Positions 36,844 to 46,363 of a stretch of DNA of 47,307 nt are shown piece by piece. Every line of letters begins with the position of its first letter. Position 1 is the first letter of the stretch. Made by a program: the position numbers and the translations under genes. The stretch comes from an uncultured Alphaproteobacteria bacterium (lineage in GTDB: Bacteria; Pseudomonadota; Alphaproteobacteria; Rs-D84): positions 1 through 47,307 of the forward strand of contig CAJOHU010000003.1 in the NCBI GenBank assembly GCA_905234465.1. The letters run 5' to 3'. The notes below the pieces were generated by a model, which had not been told where the DNA came from, ran no database searches, and was given only the letters and a program-made list of their open reading frames with translations.

Positions 36844-37494
36844 CTACCTTAACATTTCTGCGTCTGCGCGAATAACCGCCGGCGCATCGTTATCGTTTAA
36901 TATTTTATCCAACCATTTATTTGCCGCATCGCGGTTTCCATCAGATATATATTTCTGAGCAATCGTAAGACACGCAGTAAAATAAAATGGTGAACTTTTT
37001 GTATCCATAGGTGATAAAAACTTTTCAACAGATGCCGCATCCATTTCATCGCCACGCAGACCAATAATATGCAAACGCGCCAAATCACGAAATTCACGCG
37101 TATTACCGTCTTGGACCAACTCGTCCAATTTTTTGACATCCCCGTCCAATAAATATGCCTGGAACATCGCCAGATCTGCGGTCGCACCACTTGTGTTTTT
37201 CGCAATTCCAACCAATGCGTTCACATCAGTATTTTGGATTGCAACTTCATAATTTTCAGCAGTCGCCATTTTCGCCGCACGATGGGCACGAACACCAATC
37301 TGAATGGCGGTCACAATTATCATGATAACCAATGCGCCCGCAATAATGTATTTACCATACTTCTTTAAGAATTGTTGCGTTTTTTCATTATTCACATCTT
37401 CCCATACTTCGCGATAAAGGGCGTCTTGGGCGTGTTCTTGATATGTTTTTTGTGGCGCTTTGACTTTTTTGTTTCTTTCCAACATATTTGCCAT
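36844..37494 (-). CDS. YfgM-like TPR membrane protein
   Basis: 'LYREVWEDV...FLKKYG' plus a single TM and helical repeats; conserved synteny. Confidence 0.7.
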   Translation of the reverse strand: MANMLERNKKVKAPQKTYQEHAQDALYREVWEDVNNEKTQQFLKKYGKYIIAGALVIMIIVTAIQIGVRAHRAAKMATAENYEVAIQNTDVNALVGIAKNTSGATADLAMFQAYLLDGDVKKLDELVQDGNTREFRDLARLHIIGLRGDEMDAASVEKFLSPMDTKSSPFYFTACLTIAQKYISDGNRDAANKWLDKILNDNDAPAVIRADAEMLR

Positions 37495-37560
37495 AAATAT
37501 CTCCTGTTTTATATTTTGGTATCTTGATAATTTATATTTTCTTGCTATACTATAAACATA

Positions 37561-38484
37561 ATGACAAAACAAATCAAGAACGCTTTGGTGACAAAATCTG
37601 GTACGGGATTATCGGTTCCGACATTTGGTGAAGACGCATCTTTGGCAGGGTACATCCGCGCAATTTCTGAATTCCCCATTCTGTCCCAGGAACAAGAATA
37701 CGAATACGCATCTAAATGGGTTCGCGACCATGACCAAAGTGCCGCAGAAAAATTACTGGAAAGCCATTTGCGATTGGTTGTATCTGTGGCATATGATTTC
37801 AGAAATTATGGTATACCGGTTGGCGAATTGGTGGCAAGTGGCAACATGGGGCTTATGCAGGCGTTGCAAAAATTTGATCCAGAACGCGGTTTTCGGTTTT
37901 CTACATATGCTATGTTTTGGATTCGGGCAGAAATTTATGAAACTATTTTAAATAATTGGTCTATTGTGAAAATTGGAACATCTGCAAATCAAAAACGGGT
38001 GTTCTTTAACCTTTCGCGGGCAAAACGCGCATTGGGAATTATGGATGGAAATCTGTCCGATGCCCAGGCAGACAAAATTGCAGAATATCTTAGTGTGCCC
38101 GCCGAAGATGTTAAACGCATGTCTACACGAATCGTTGCGCGTGATTTATCACTTAATGCGCCGGCACGCAATACAGACCAAGAAGGCATGGACATGTTGG
38201 CAAATATGCCCGATGACGGAAACGATATTGTTGAAAATGTTGAACGGCATGAAATGATGGTGCGGGGTGGGGCATTGTTAAAGAAACATTTGGCACAATT
38301 GCCTGAACGCGACCGCGAAATATTGCGCGCAAGACGGTTATCAGAACCCGCCGCAACATTGGAAGTTTTGGCAAAAAAATATAACATTTCACGCGAACGC
38401 GTACGACAAATAGAAGAACGCGCATACAATAAACTGCGTGATGCAATTTTGGCAGAAACCACAGGACAATCTGATGACAAATAA
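37561..38484 (+). CDS. rpoH: Heat-shock sigma factor RpoH (sigma32)
   Basis: 'SHLRLVV', 'KFDPERGFRFSTYAMFWIRAEI', RpoH box 'QKRVFFNL', 'SRERVRQIE'. Confidence 0.95.
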   Translation: MTKQIKNALVTKSGTGLSVPTFGEDASLAGYIRAISEFPILSQEQEYEYASKWVRDHDQSAAEKLLESHLRLVVSVAYDFRNYGIPVGELVASGNMGLMQALQKFDPERGFRFSTYAMFWIRAEIYETILNNWSIVKIGTSANQKRVFFNLSRAKRALGIMDGNLSDAQADKIAEYLSVPAEDVKRMSTRIVARDLSLNAPARNTDQEGMDMLANMPDDGNDIVENVERHEMMVRGGALLKKHLAQLPERDREILRARRLSEPAATLEVLAKKYNISRERVRQIEERAYNKLRDAILAETTGQSDDK

Positions 38485-39502
38485 AATTAATGCGATTGGC
38501 ATCGCCACTGTTTTAACGATACTGGCGGGAATGGACGGTTATGCACTGTCTTATAATGTTGGTGATTTTGACTTATCTCTTTCTGGATACGGTACCGCAG
38601 GAATTATTGAACCAAATTTTGATAAACCAGACTTTGTCGGTGATTTTAATATGCGTGCACAAATGAAATATAATGTTTCTAATGACCATGCATTTGGTTT
38701 TGTATACGCCATGGATGAAATTGCATTGAACGAAGATGACTGGTACGATGATTTATTCGGTTTTTGGCAATGGCGCGGTGTTGGCAGAATTGAATTTGGA
38801 TTGACGGATTCTGTGGCACATAAACTTGGGTTGGGTTTGCCAGATGTTGGGGGATTGCGCATAAATCACGATTCTTTGATTTACCGCAAAATGGGTATAT
38901 CAGGTCCAGTAATTGCGAACCCAACAATTACGAATGGAACATCGGCGCCGCGTTTAAATTTAGTTATGACGACAAATCCAAATATGCAATATGGGGTGTC
39001 TGTGTCGGGATTGGGCAAAGATTATGATTTAGGAATTGATGCGGGAATAAAAATAAAACATTCGGCGGCAAAGACAAAATATGCTTTATCGCTTGGGGCG
39101 TCTTTTATGAATAAGCCCGATGATTTTTCAACCGATACTTTTACACCGGGGGTGACCGCAGATTGGCGCGGACAATTATATACCGGATTAAATATTCAAT
39201 ACAACAGTTGGATTTTCGCACTGACAGGGCGATTAGTTTACGATAAAAAACCAATCGGCATTGCAACAGACGGTATTATGGCAGGCACCGGGGTCAGTTA
39301 TGATGTGTTAAATTATACTCTATCATTATCATATATGTTTTCAGATACCGGAATATGGCACAACGAAGACAAACCGTATGATGACCACACAGTTGTCGCA
39401 TCGTTCAGATACAAATACAGTAAATTTGTTGATGGTTGGACATCGGTCGGTATGTCGCGCGAAGACCCATTCTTGGCGGCGGGCATACGTTTAACATTTT
39501 AA
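38474..39502 (+). CDS. Outer membrane porin
   Basis: Signal peptide, amphipathic beta strands, C-terminal 'AGIRLTF'. Confidence 0.75.
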   Translation: MTNKINAIGIATVLTILAGMDGYALSYNVGDFDLSLSGYGTAGIIEPNFDKPDFVGDFNMRAQMKYNVSNDHAFGFVYAMDEIALNEDDWYDDLFGFWQWRGVGRIEFGLTDSVAHKLGLGLPDVGGLRINHDSLIYRKMGISGPVIANPTITNGTSAPRLNLVMTTNPNMQYGVSVSGLGKDYDLGIDAGIKIKHSAAKTKYALSLGASFMNKPDDFSTDTFTPGVTADWRGQLYTGLNIQYNSWIFALTGRLVYDKKPIGIATDGIMAGTGVSYDVLNYTLSLSYMFSDTGIWHNEDKPYDDHTVVASFRYKYSKFVDGWTSVGMSREDPFLAAGIRLTF

Positions 39503-39516
39503 CAAAAAAAAAGCAT

Positions 39517-39546
39517 TAATAAAACCGCCATACGGCGGTTTTATTA
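39517..39546. terminator. Bidirectional terminator
   Basis: TAATAAAACCGCC-ATAC-GGCGGTTTTATTA. Confidence 0.88.
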
Positions 39547-39559
39547 GCATTGATACATT

Positions 39560-40576
39560 TTACTGTTGTAATTCTTCAATTAATTTTTCAAGACGTTCCG
39601 TTGTTTCTGCATCATTCAATGATGCCGCAATTCTGTACGCAGATTCCAAATCTGATTTCGCCCCATCGGTATTACCAATGTTCAAATTCAACGCAGCAGA
39701 TTTTTCAAAATAATTCATCGCGCGCATAGACAGGTCTTCTTTTTGTTCTGGTGTCGTTGCGCCTTGAATCTGTTCAGAAATCACACGAACCGCGGATGTA
39801 TAATCGTCAATCGCGTTTGCATATTCACCCATCGCAGTATATGCTTCGGCACGTTCCGCGTACACAGATGGACTTACAATGCCTTCGGGGCGTGCCAAAG
39901 AATTTGTATAATCAGCAATCGCGCCTTCCCAATTTTTAATCCACAGGTTTAATTGACCGCGTTTTGCATATAAATCACGGAACTGTAAAATATCATTTGG
40001 ATTTGATGCGTATGCCGCCAATGCATTATTTATATCATTTAATGCGGCATCAAAATCTTCCAGTCTTGCGTTTAACAGGGAACGATCATAATACGCAATA
40101 GAATTTTCCGTATCCATCGCCAACACTGTATTAAAATCATCCATTGCGGCACCATAATTACCTGTTTGCAAATATGCTTCACCGCGTAAGATACGCGCAT
40201 CAATCATATTCGCATCCATTTCCAATGCCGCCGTTAAATCCGCAATTGCGCCTTCGGTGTTTCCAACCATAACTTCGCCGCGACCGTGCATGTAATAATC
40301 ATGTGCACTCATTAATTTTTCTTCGGCTTTTTGTGTATCAATAACCTCTATACGTTCATCGGTATTATTGAATACTTCTTTGACTTCTTTATTTACAATA
40401 TGAGAACGACCCAAGATATAAAAAGTCGCCGCAATAAAGAACAAAATAATAAACCAATAAACATAAATTGATAACGACCACGACGATGCGCCACGCGTAC
40501 GCGCCGCAGTTCTTATTTTTACCTGGGGTGCAGATATTGGTCTTACCTGTGGTTTCTTTGTGGTTTGTTTTTTCAT
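39560..40576 (-). CDS. Membrane-anchored TPR-repeat protein
   Basis: Single TM followed by repeats such as 'RGEAYLQTGNYGAAMDDF' and 'RAEAYTAMGEYANAIDDY'. Confidence 0.85.
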   Translation of the reverse strand: MKKQTTKKPQVRPISAPQVKIRTAARTRGASSWSLSIYVYWFIILFFIAATFYILGRSHIVNKEVKEVFNNTDERIEVIDTQKAEEKLMSAHDYYMHGRGEVMVGNTEGAIADLTAALEMDANMIDARILRGEAYLQTGNYGAAMDDFNTVLAMDTENSIAYYDRSLLNARLEDFDAALNDINNALAAYASNPNDILQFRDLYAKRGQLNLWIKNWEGAIADYTNSLARPEGIVSPSVYAERAEAYTAMGEYANAIDDYTSAVRVISEQIQGATTPEQKEDLSMRAMNYFEKSAALNLNIGNTDGAKSDLESAYRIAASLNDAETTERLEKLIEELQQ

Positions 40577-40605
40577 ATGAAATCTCCCTTCCTTTGATAA
40601 TGGAA

Positions 40606-41307
40606 TTATAGAGAAGTTTTCATAAGCGCGTCAATTGTTTTTTCATCTAATTCAATAATTTTTCCCACAGGTATATTTCCTAGGCTGACCGGACCATACA
40701 TAATGCGATGCAATTTCCGTACCGGCAACCCACAATACTTTAACACAAGCCTTACTTCGTTCTTTTTACCTTCGGTCACCGTCACACGCAGACGCCCATC
40801 AGGCATAACATCTATTTTCATTGGTCGGTATTTTATGCCATCTATGGTGACACCGCGACGCGCCTTATCTAACTTTGACATATTGTTTCCTGAAACATCT
40901 GCCAAATATACACGCGGTATATTTGAATCGGGCATTGTTAATTTCCGCGCCAACAACCCGTCATTTGTCATTAACAATAAACCCGTTGTATTAAAATCCA
41001 GGCGCCCGACATAACGCAGATTCCTGTATTTTTGTGGCAATATATCATATATAGTATTGCGCCCGCGCGGATCGTGTGTGGTTGTGACGGTACCATTTGG
41101 TTTATGAAATGCGTACACGCGTGTATCTGCTCGCTTTTTAATTGGTTTGCCATCAATAGTTATTTCATCAGAATCTTCAACAAAATGTACCGGTGTTTTT
41201 ATCACCACACCATTTACCGCAACCGCGCCACGCGCAATCATTTGTTCGGCGCCACGACGCGAAGTGACCCCAGAATCTGCGATAAATTTTGCGATGCGCA
41301 TTTTCAT
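40606..41307 (-). CDS. RsuA/RluB-family rRNA pseudouridine synthase
   Basis: S4 domain, 'HKPNG', catalytic 'VGRLDFNTTGLLLMTNDG', 'EGKKNEVR'. Confidence 0.93.
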   Translation of the reverse strand: MKMRIAKFIADSGVTSRRGAEQMIARGAVAVNGVVIKTPVHFVEDSDEITIDGKPIKKRADTRVYAFHKPNGTVTTTHDPRGRNTIYDILPQKYRNLRYVGRLDFNTTGLLLMTNDGLLARKLTMPDSNIPRVYLADVSGNNMSKLDKARRGVTIDGIKYRPMKIDVMPDGRLRVTVTEGKKNEVRLVLKYCGLPVRKLHRIMYGPVSLGNIPVGKIIELDEKTIDALMKTSL

Positions 41308-41960
41308 TTTAATAATTTTCCTATGGCAATCGCGGCCGCCAATTCCGCACGCAAGATTGTTTTCCCAAGTGATACAGGCACCGCCGATGACGCGTCCAGC
41401 GTCGCAAATTCAGATTCAGAAAAACCACCTTCGGGCCCAATCAATATATTCCTTAGATTTCCATAATCTTTTACAGGTTTATCACTGCACGCGAAACGTT
41501 CATCCGCAAAGCATAAATTTCTTAAATCTAATTCAGAAAATTTAATTGGCGCAGATATTTCAGGCACGCTGTTGCGATTTGATTGTTCGGATGCTTCTGT
41601 GGCGATTTTCTTTACCCGTTCCCAATTTATATGATGCGCGATTGTATGGTCTGTAATTACCGGCACGATTCGCGCAACACCCATCTGGGTTGCCATATTT
41701 ACCAAATCATCTGTGCGTTTAATGGGCGCAAAGTAAAGTGTTATGTCATTTGATGGGTCTGGGTGCTTTGTCATATCCCCAATAATTATACTTTTCCCAT
41801 CGTCAGACAGATGCGCAGAAAATTCGTATCCGCCACCAAACCCCAAAAAATCATGTGTACGCATAACATGCCCTAAATAATGCGCGACAGATTTTTCCGC
41901 CAGAATTGTCATACCAGATTTGACATTATCGCCGATAAAAATTCTTGGAATATTTTTCAT
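41304..41960 (-). CDS. rsmE: 16S rRNA m3U1498 methyltransferase RsmE
   Basis: 'HYLGHVMR', 'EASEQSNR', 'IGPEGGFS', 'SLGKTILRAELA'. Confidence 0.93.
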   Translation of the reverse strand: MKNIPRIFIGDNVKSGMTILAEKSVAHYLGHVMRTHDFLGFGGGYEFSAHLSDDGKSIIIGDMTKHPDPSNDITLYFAPIKRTDDLVNMATQMGVARIVPVITDHTIAHHINWERVKKIATEASEQSNRNSVPEISAPIKFSELDLRNLCFADERFACSDKPVKDYGNLRNILIGPEGGFSESEFATLDASSAVPVSLGKTILRAELAAAIAIGKLLK

Positions 41961-42016
41961 AAAATTTTAATTTCCATATTTATAATTTTTGTTTTTTCTG
42001 ATATAATCATAACACG

Positions 42017-44242
42017 ATGGTTGAAAAGTTCAAGATTTTATCTGCAGGAAAAGACAGCAAGGGTTTGAATATTTTCAAATCCAGTGCGTATAAAGAACAC
42101 GAACGAACCCCCATGGCGCAGACTTTTTGGACATTGCGGTGGTCGGTTGGCGTGTGGCTTATATGCGCGGCGGCATTTTGCGTGTCTTTTATTGGGGAAC
42201 ATATATGGCGGTACGGTTGGGATACGGCAACCATTGATTGGATAAAGATATATGTCACAAATATGGTGACCAGTGGCGGTTTGTCTGTTATCGCGGAAAT
42301 CCCAGATTGGATTGTACGGTGCCTGATGCACCCTGATTTTCCGTGTATTGTGCCGATTTTGCCGTTTGTCGCATACTTCTTGTTATCAGACGATACTTTA
42401 AAAGGCGAATTTAACCCGTACGGCAAAGACAAATTTGATAAAAAATCTTCACGCGAAGCAAACGAGGCGGATGTAAAAGCCATGGGGCTTTTCAATGGAT
42501 TCATGATGGTTCTGGGGTATTTTAAAAAGAAACCTTTAATGTTGCCAAAGACTTTATCAACACTGTGTTTGGCGCCTCCGGGAACCGGTAAAACCGAAGG
42601 TATCGTATTGCCTACGATTTTTGATTGTCCGAATGTTTCAATGATTATCAATGACCCCAAACCCGAATTGGATTTGAAATCCAGTGGTTATCGTGCCACG
42701 ATTGGACCAGTGTTTATTATGGATTGGGGTGGGCAAGATGAACCAGAAAAGGGTATATACTATCCGTCATGGAATCCGTTATCCCCGGGACACATTCCGT
42801 TCAGTTTGGAACAGCGCGAATTATATGTTGATTATATCTGCGATGTTCTTGTCCCCGACGCCGAAGGCAGCAGTGCCGACCCACACTGGACACAATCAGG
42901 GCGTGCCGGTCTTGCAGGATTCATTCAATTTATTGTGTCAAAAATAGAACGTGCCAAGGCGGATGATTATTTCTATGCGCGTCTGCAATCTGGCGAATTT
43001 GATGCCGAAGATGCCGCTGTACTGTCTGATTATTACTTTTCAATGGTAAACGACCCGAACGCTTTTGCCGCCCAGGCACTTATTAAAAATGGTGAATTAA
43101 ATGCGACAAATTATGTTCATATTGGTACATGGGCGAATATTCCGCAAACATGGTTGGGCAAGGAAGCATCTTTCTCCATGATGCTGGATTGGATTACCGA
43201 GGCACAAATTGCCGTAGCCAATGATTTGGCAGAACGCCAAAAACAGGGCGACCAAAGTGTTATGATGGCAGACCCAATGAAAGATTGGTTAACATCAACT
43301 GTTGATGAATGCCGTGCGTTTTCTTATTCAAACCGCGCCATCGCAGAACTTACTAAACTGGCGAACACGCCGGCAACAGAACGTGGGTCAATTCTTTCAA
43401 CAATTTTGACGGGGCTTAACATATTCCGAAATGCAGCAGTACGCAATCGTACATCGCATTCAGATTTTCATTTTTCTGATATGCGTGGCATGATTGACCC
43501 GCGTGACGGCAAAATGAAACCTGTGACAGTATATCTATCAATTAACATGGTTGATGCCAAGGCGTTAAACCCAATTACATCTATGTTTATTGAAACTATG
43601 TCAAATTTCTTGTTGGCGAATCCGCCGGAACATGTTGGGCGCAGCGGTGAAAAGATGGGACCGTATCCGGTGTTATTCTTGCTTGATGAAATGCCAAAAA
43701 TGCAGAAAATGCGCGCGGTTATCCAAGGCCCCGATGTCGGTCGTGGTCAACAGATATCATACCTGTTCATCGGTCAAGATTTACACCAAATTGCTGAAAA
43801 ATATGGTAATGATGCGGCGGCAACAATTATATCAACCACCGCAGCCAAGGTTGTTCTGCGCCAAAATGACCCAGATACAGCAAAACGATTCTCGGACATG
43901 ATGGGAACAAAAATCACAATGAAAAAAGAAAAGGGTGCCGATGGCAAAGAAGTAGAAGTTCCAAAGGCCGAACCGTTATTCAGTGAATTTGATATTATGA
44001 AATTAAAATTTGGTGAAGGATTGGTTTTGTACGAAGGTTGGTATCATCGCCCAATCAAGGCAGAAATCAGAATGTCTTTTAATGACCCGCGTTTGTCATC
44101 TTATGTAAAAATGGGACGTGCATCTCCGTTGCCCGAATTTTTAATACCGATGCATCATGCAATTTTGGAATACAACGGAAACCCGCGATATTACAACCCG
44201 CAAACAAATGAATTAAAAGAATTATCACCCGTGGCAAAATAA
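42017..44242 (+). CDS. virD4: VirD4/TraG-family type IV coupling protein
   Basis: N-terminal TMs, Walker A 'APPGTGKT', 'INDPKPEL', 'WNPL', Walker B 'FLLDEMP', 'QDLHQI..KYG'. Confidence 0.85.
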   Translation: MVEKFKILSAGKDSKGLNIFKSSAYKEHERTPMAQTFWTLRWSVGVWLICAAAFCVSFIGEHIWRYGWDTATIDWIKIYVTNMVTSGGLSVIAEIPDWIVRCLMHPDFPCIVPILPFVAYFLLSDDTLKGEFNPYGKDKFDKKSSREANEADVKAMGLFNGFMMVLGYFKKKPLMLPKTLSTLCLAPPGTGKTEGIVLPTIFDCPNVSMIINDPKPELDLKSSGYRATIGPVFIMDWGGQDEPEKGIYYPSWNPLSPGHIPFSLEQRELYVDYICDVLVPDAEGSSADPHWTQSGRAGLAGFIQFIVSKIERAKADDYFYARLQSGEFDAEDAAVLSDYYFSMVNDPNAFAAQALIKNGELNATNYVHIGTWANIPQTWLGKEASFSMMLDWITEAQIAVANDLAERQKQGDQSVMMADPMKDWLTSTVDECRAFSYSNRAIAELTKLANTPATERGSILSTILTGLNIFRNAAVRNRTSHSDFHFSDMRGMIDPRDGKMKPVTVYLSINMVDAKALNPITSMFIETMSNFLLANPPEHVGRSGEKMGPYPVLFLLDEMPKMQKMRAVIQGPDVGRGQQISYLFIGQDLHQIAEKYGNDAAATIISTTAAKVVLRQNDPDTAKRFSDMMGTKITMKKEKGADGKEVEVPKAEPLFSEFDIMKLKFGEGLVLYEGWYHRPIKAEIRMSFNDPRLSSYVKMGRASPLPEFLIPMHHAILEYNGNPRYYNPQTNELKELSPVAK

Positions 44243-44304
44243 ACCGGCAATCGGATTTTTAACCGATTGGTATACCAAGAATTTCAGAGTATATTTTTTT
44301 CGCT

Positions 44305-44793
44305 ATGGCAGTTCAAGATTCTGTTTGGTCATCACTGGTTTTGGGAATGCATGATGCGTTGGTTTCAACGTTAGGGTTGGTTGTAGGGTTGGCGTTTGCA
44401 GATGCCACGCAATACATAATTGTCCTAACCGGGATTATTGCTGCAACATCTGCTGGGCTTTCTATGATGGCATCAGAATACTTATCGCAAAAGGCGGATG
44501 GCAATGCGCGTGGTGCAACCAAACGCGGTTTTATGACCGGAATCGCATACGTTATGACCGCCGGAATGGTATTAATGCCGTTTCTGTTTATATCAAACAC
44601 CATTACGGCGGTCATAATGACATATACTGTTGCGATATCTGTTATATTTTTCTTTAATTATTTAAAATCTAAACTGAACAATCAACGGTTGTGGCCGGCG
44701 TTTTTTGAAATGACAATTGTATGCTTTTTGGTGACATTGGCATCGTTTATAATTGGCGAAGGAGCAAAAGTATTCTTTGGCATAGTGATATAA
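44305..44793 (+). CDS. VIT1/CCC1-family membrane protein
   Basis: 'VLGMHDALV', 'LSMMASEYLSQK', 5 TMs. Confidence 0.85.
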   Translation: MAVQDSVWSSLVLGMHDALVSTLGLVVGLAFADATQYIIVLTGIIAATSAGLSMMASEYLSQKADGNARGATKRGFMTGIAYVMTAGMVLMPFLFISNTITAVIMTYTVAISVIFFFNYLKSKLNNQRLWPAFFEMTIVCFLVTLASFIIGEGAKVFFGIVI

Positions 44794-44813
44794 AAAAGCA
44801 CCATTGGGGCGTT

Positions 44814-45257
44814 TTATTCAATCTTTGGGTCGTTATCCAACATTGCTGAAAACGTTGCCACCGCCACACGTTTCCCATTCACAAATGCCGTACCATTAAA
44901 TTTGTGCAGTTTCATTTTAGACCCGATTTCTTCTATATGTAATTCCAATGTATCACCCGGGCGCACCATATGTGTGAACCGGGCATTTTCTATGGAAACA
45001 AAGTATCCCAATGCACGACCATTATTGTTGCCAATTTGGCTTAACACCGTAAAGCATGCTGTCTGCGCCAATGCCTCAATAATCAAAACCCCCGGCATCA
45101 CAGGATGTGATGGGAAATGACCTGCACACCAAAATTCATCATCACGAACATATTTGACCCCAATGGCGGTTTTATCTGTGAATTCACGAATTTCGTCCAC
45201 CAAGCGCATATAACCACGATGCGGAATCACCCGTTCTATACCGAATGCATCAACCAT
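44814..45257 (-). CDS. fabZ: 3-hydroxyacyl-ACP dehydratase FabZ
   Basis: 'IPHRGYMRLVD', 'GHFPSHPVMPGVLIIEALAQ', 'VRPGD'; follows lpxD. Confidence 0.93.
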   Translation of the reverse strand: MVDAFGIERVIPHRGYMRLVDEIREFTDKTAIGVKYVRDDEFWCAGHFPSHPVMPGVLIIEALAQTACFTVLSQIGNNNGRALGYFVSIENARFTHMVRPGDTLELHIEEIGSKMKLHKFNGTAFVNGKRVAVATFSAMLDNDPKIE

Positions 45258-45272
45258 ATTTTTATCCTTTGA

Positions 45273-46274
45273 TTAATCGTTATTAACGTGCTTTCTTATC
45301 CACGCATAGTGTCGCAAAAATTCTGTTCCCGGACCGGCGGGATACCCCATATGTTTTTCGCCATCTGGGACATCGCGGAAAACACCACTGTTTGCACCGA
45401 CACTGGCATCATTTCCAATTTTTACACCATTGGCGATACCAACATGTCCACCAAGTAATACCCTGTCGCCTACCTTGACACCGCCGGCAATTCCGACACC
45501 AGATGCCAAGAAACATTCTTTCCCAACAACCACACCATGCGCAATCTGACACAAATTATCTATCTTTGTGCCATCGCCAACTATTGTATCAGTTAATGCC
45601 CCACGATCTATACAGGAATTTGCACCCAATGAAACCCGGTCACCCAAAACCACGCGACCAACATGTGGAATAAAGACATTATGACCATCTTGACGGGTAT
45701 AACCAAAACCATCTTTACCAACAGATGCACCGTTATGAATAACACAATCTGCACCGATTGTTGCATTTTCAATATGCGCACCCGAATGAACAACTGTCCC
45801 ACGCCCGATTGTGACATTACGACCAATATACGCGTTTGGGTATATTTTCACATCTGGTTCAATAACCGCACCACGTTCAATGGTTGCGAATTGCCCGACG
45901 TAATTACTGCGCCGATTACGAAAAAACACACCGCGTTCAATATGTGCATCGTGGGATATGCCGCGGCGTGGCGGTTCACGATATATTTCACCCAAAACCT
46001 TGACGATTTCGCCGCGCGGACTGTCGCATATCAACAGTGTCGCATTTTTTGGTGCATGTTTTACCATATCTGGCTGAATCAATATAACCGACGCACGCGT
46101 ATTTTCCAAAACGCTGACTGGCAACACTTTGAACGCATTACTGTTGGTTTCAGTAGAATAGAATGCGACCTGGCCGGGACGGGCATCAGCAATAGGCGCG
46201 ATACCGTTTATCACCGTATTCGGGTCACCCTGTATTTTCAAACCGAACTTATCCGCCAATTCTTTGGCGGTCAT
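45273..46274 (-). CDS. lpxD: UDP-3-O-acylglucosamine N-acyltransferase LpxD
   Basis: Hexapeptide repeats, 'DGFGY', 'IDRGALTDT', '[11 protein letters not shown]'. Start at 46274 or 46319. Confidence 0.93.
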   Translation of the reverse strand: MTAKELADKFGLKIQGDPNTVINGIAPIADARPGQVAFYSTETNSNAFKVLPVSVLENTRASVILIQPDMVKHAPKNATLLICDSPRGEIVKVLGEIYREPPRRGISHDAHIERGVFFRNRRSNYVGQFATIERGAVIEPDVKIYPNAYIGRNVTIGRGTVVHSGAHIENATIGADCVIHNGASVGKDGFGYTRQDGHNVFIPHVGRVVLGDRVSLGANSCIDRGALTDTIVGDGTKIDNLCQIAHGVVVGKECFLASGVGIAGGVKVGDRVLLGGHVGIANGVKIGNDASVGANSGVFRDVPDGEKHMGYPAGPGTEFLRHYAWIRKHVNND

Positions 46275-46363
46275 TTTCGCCCCCCGTGGGGTCATCCAAG
46301 ATTTAATAATTTTTAACATAATGGCATTATAATATAAAAAATATGAAATAAAAGGAATTTTTA

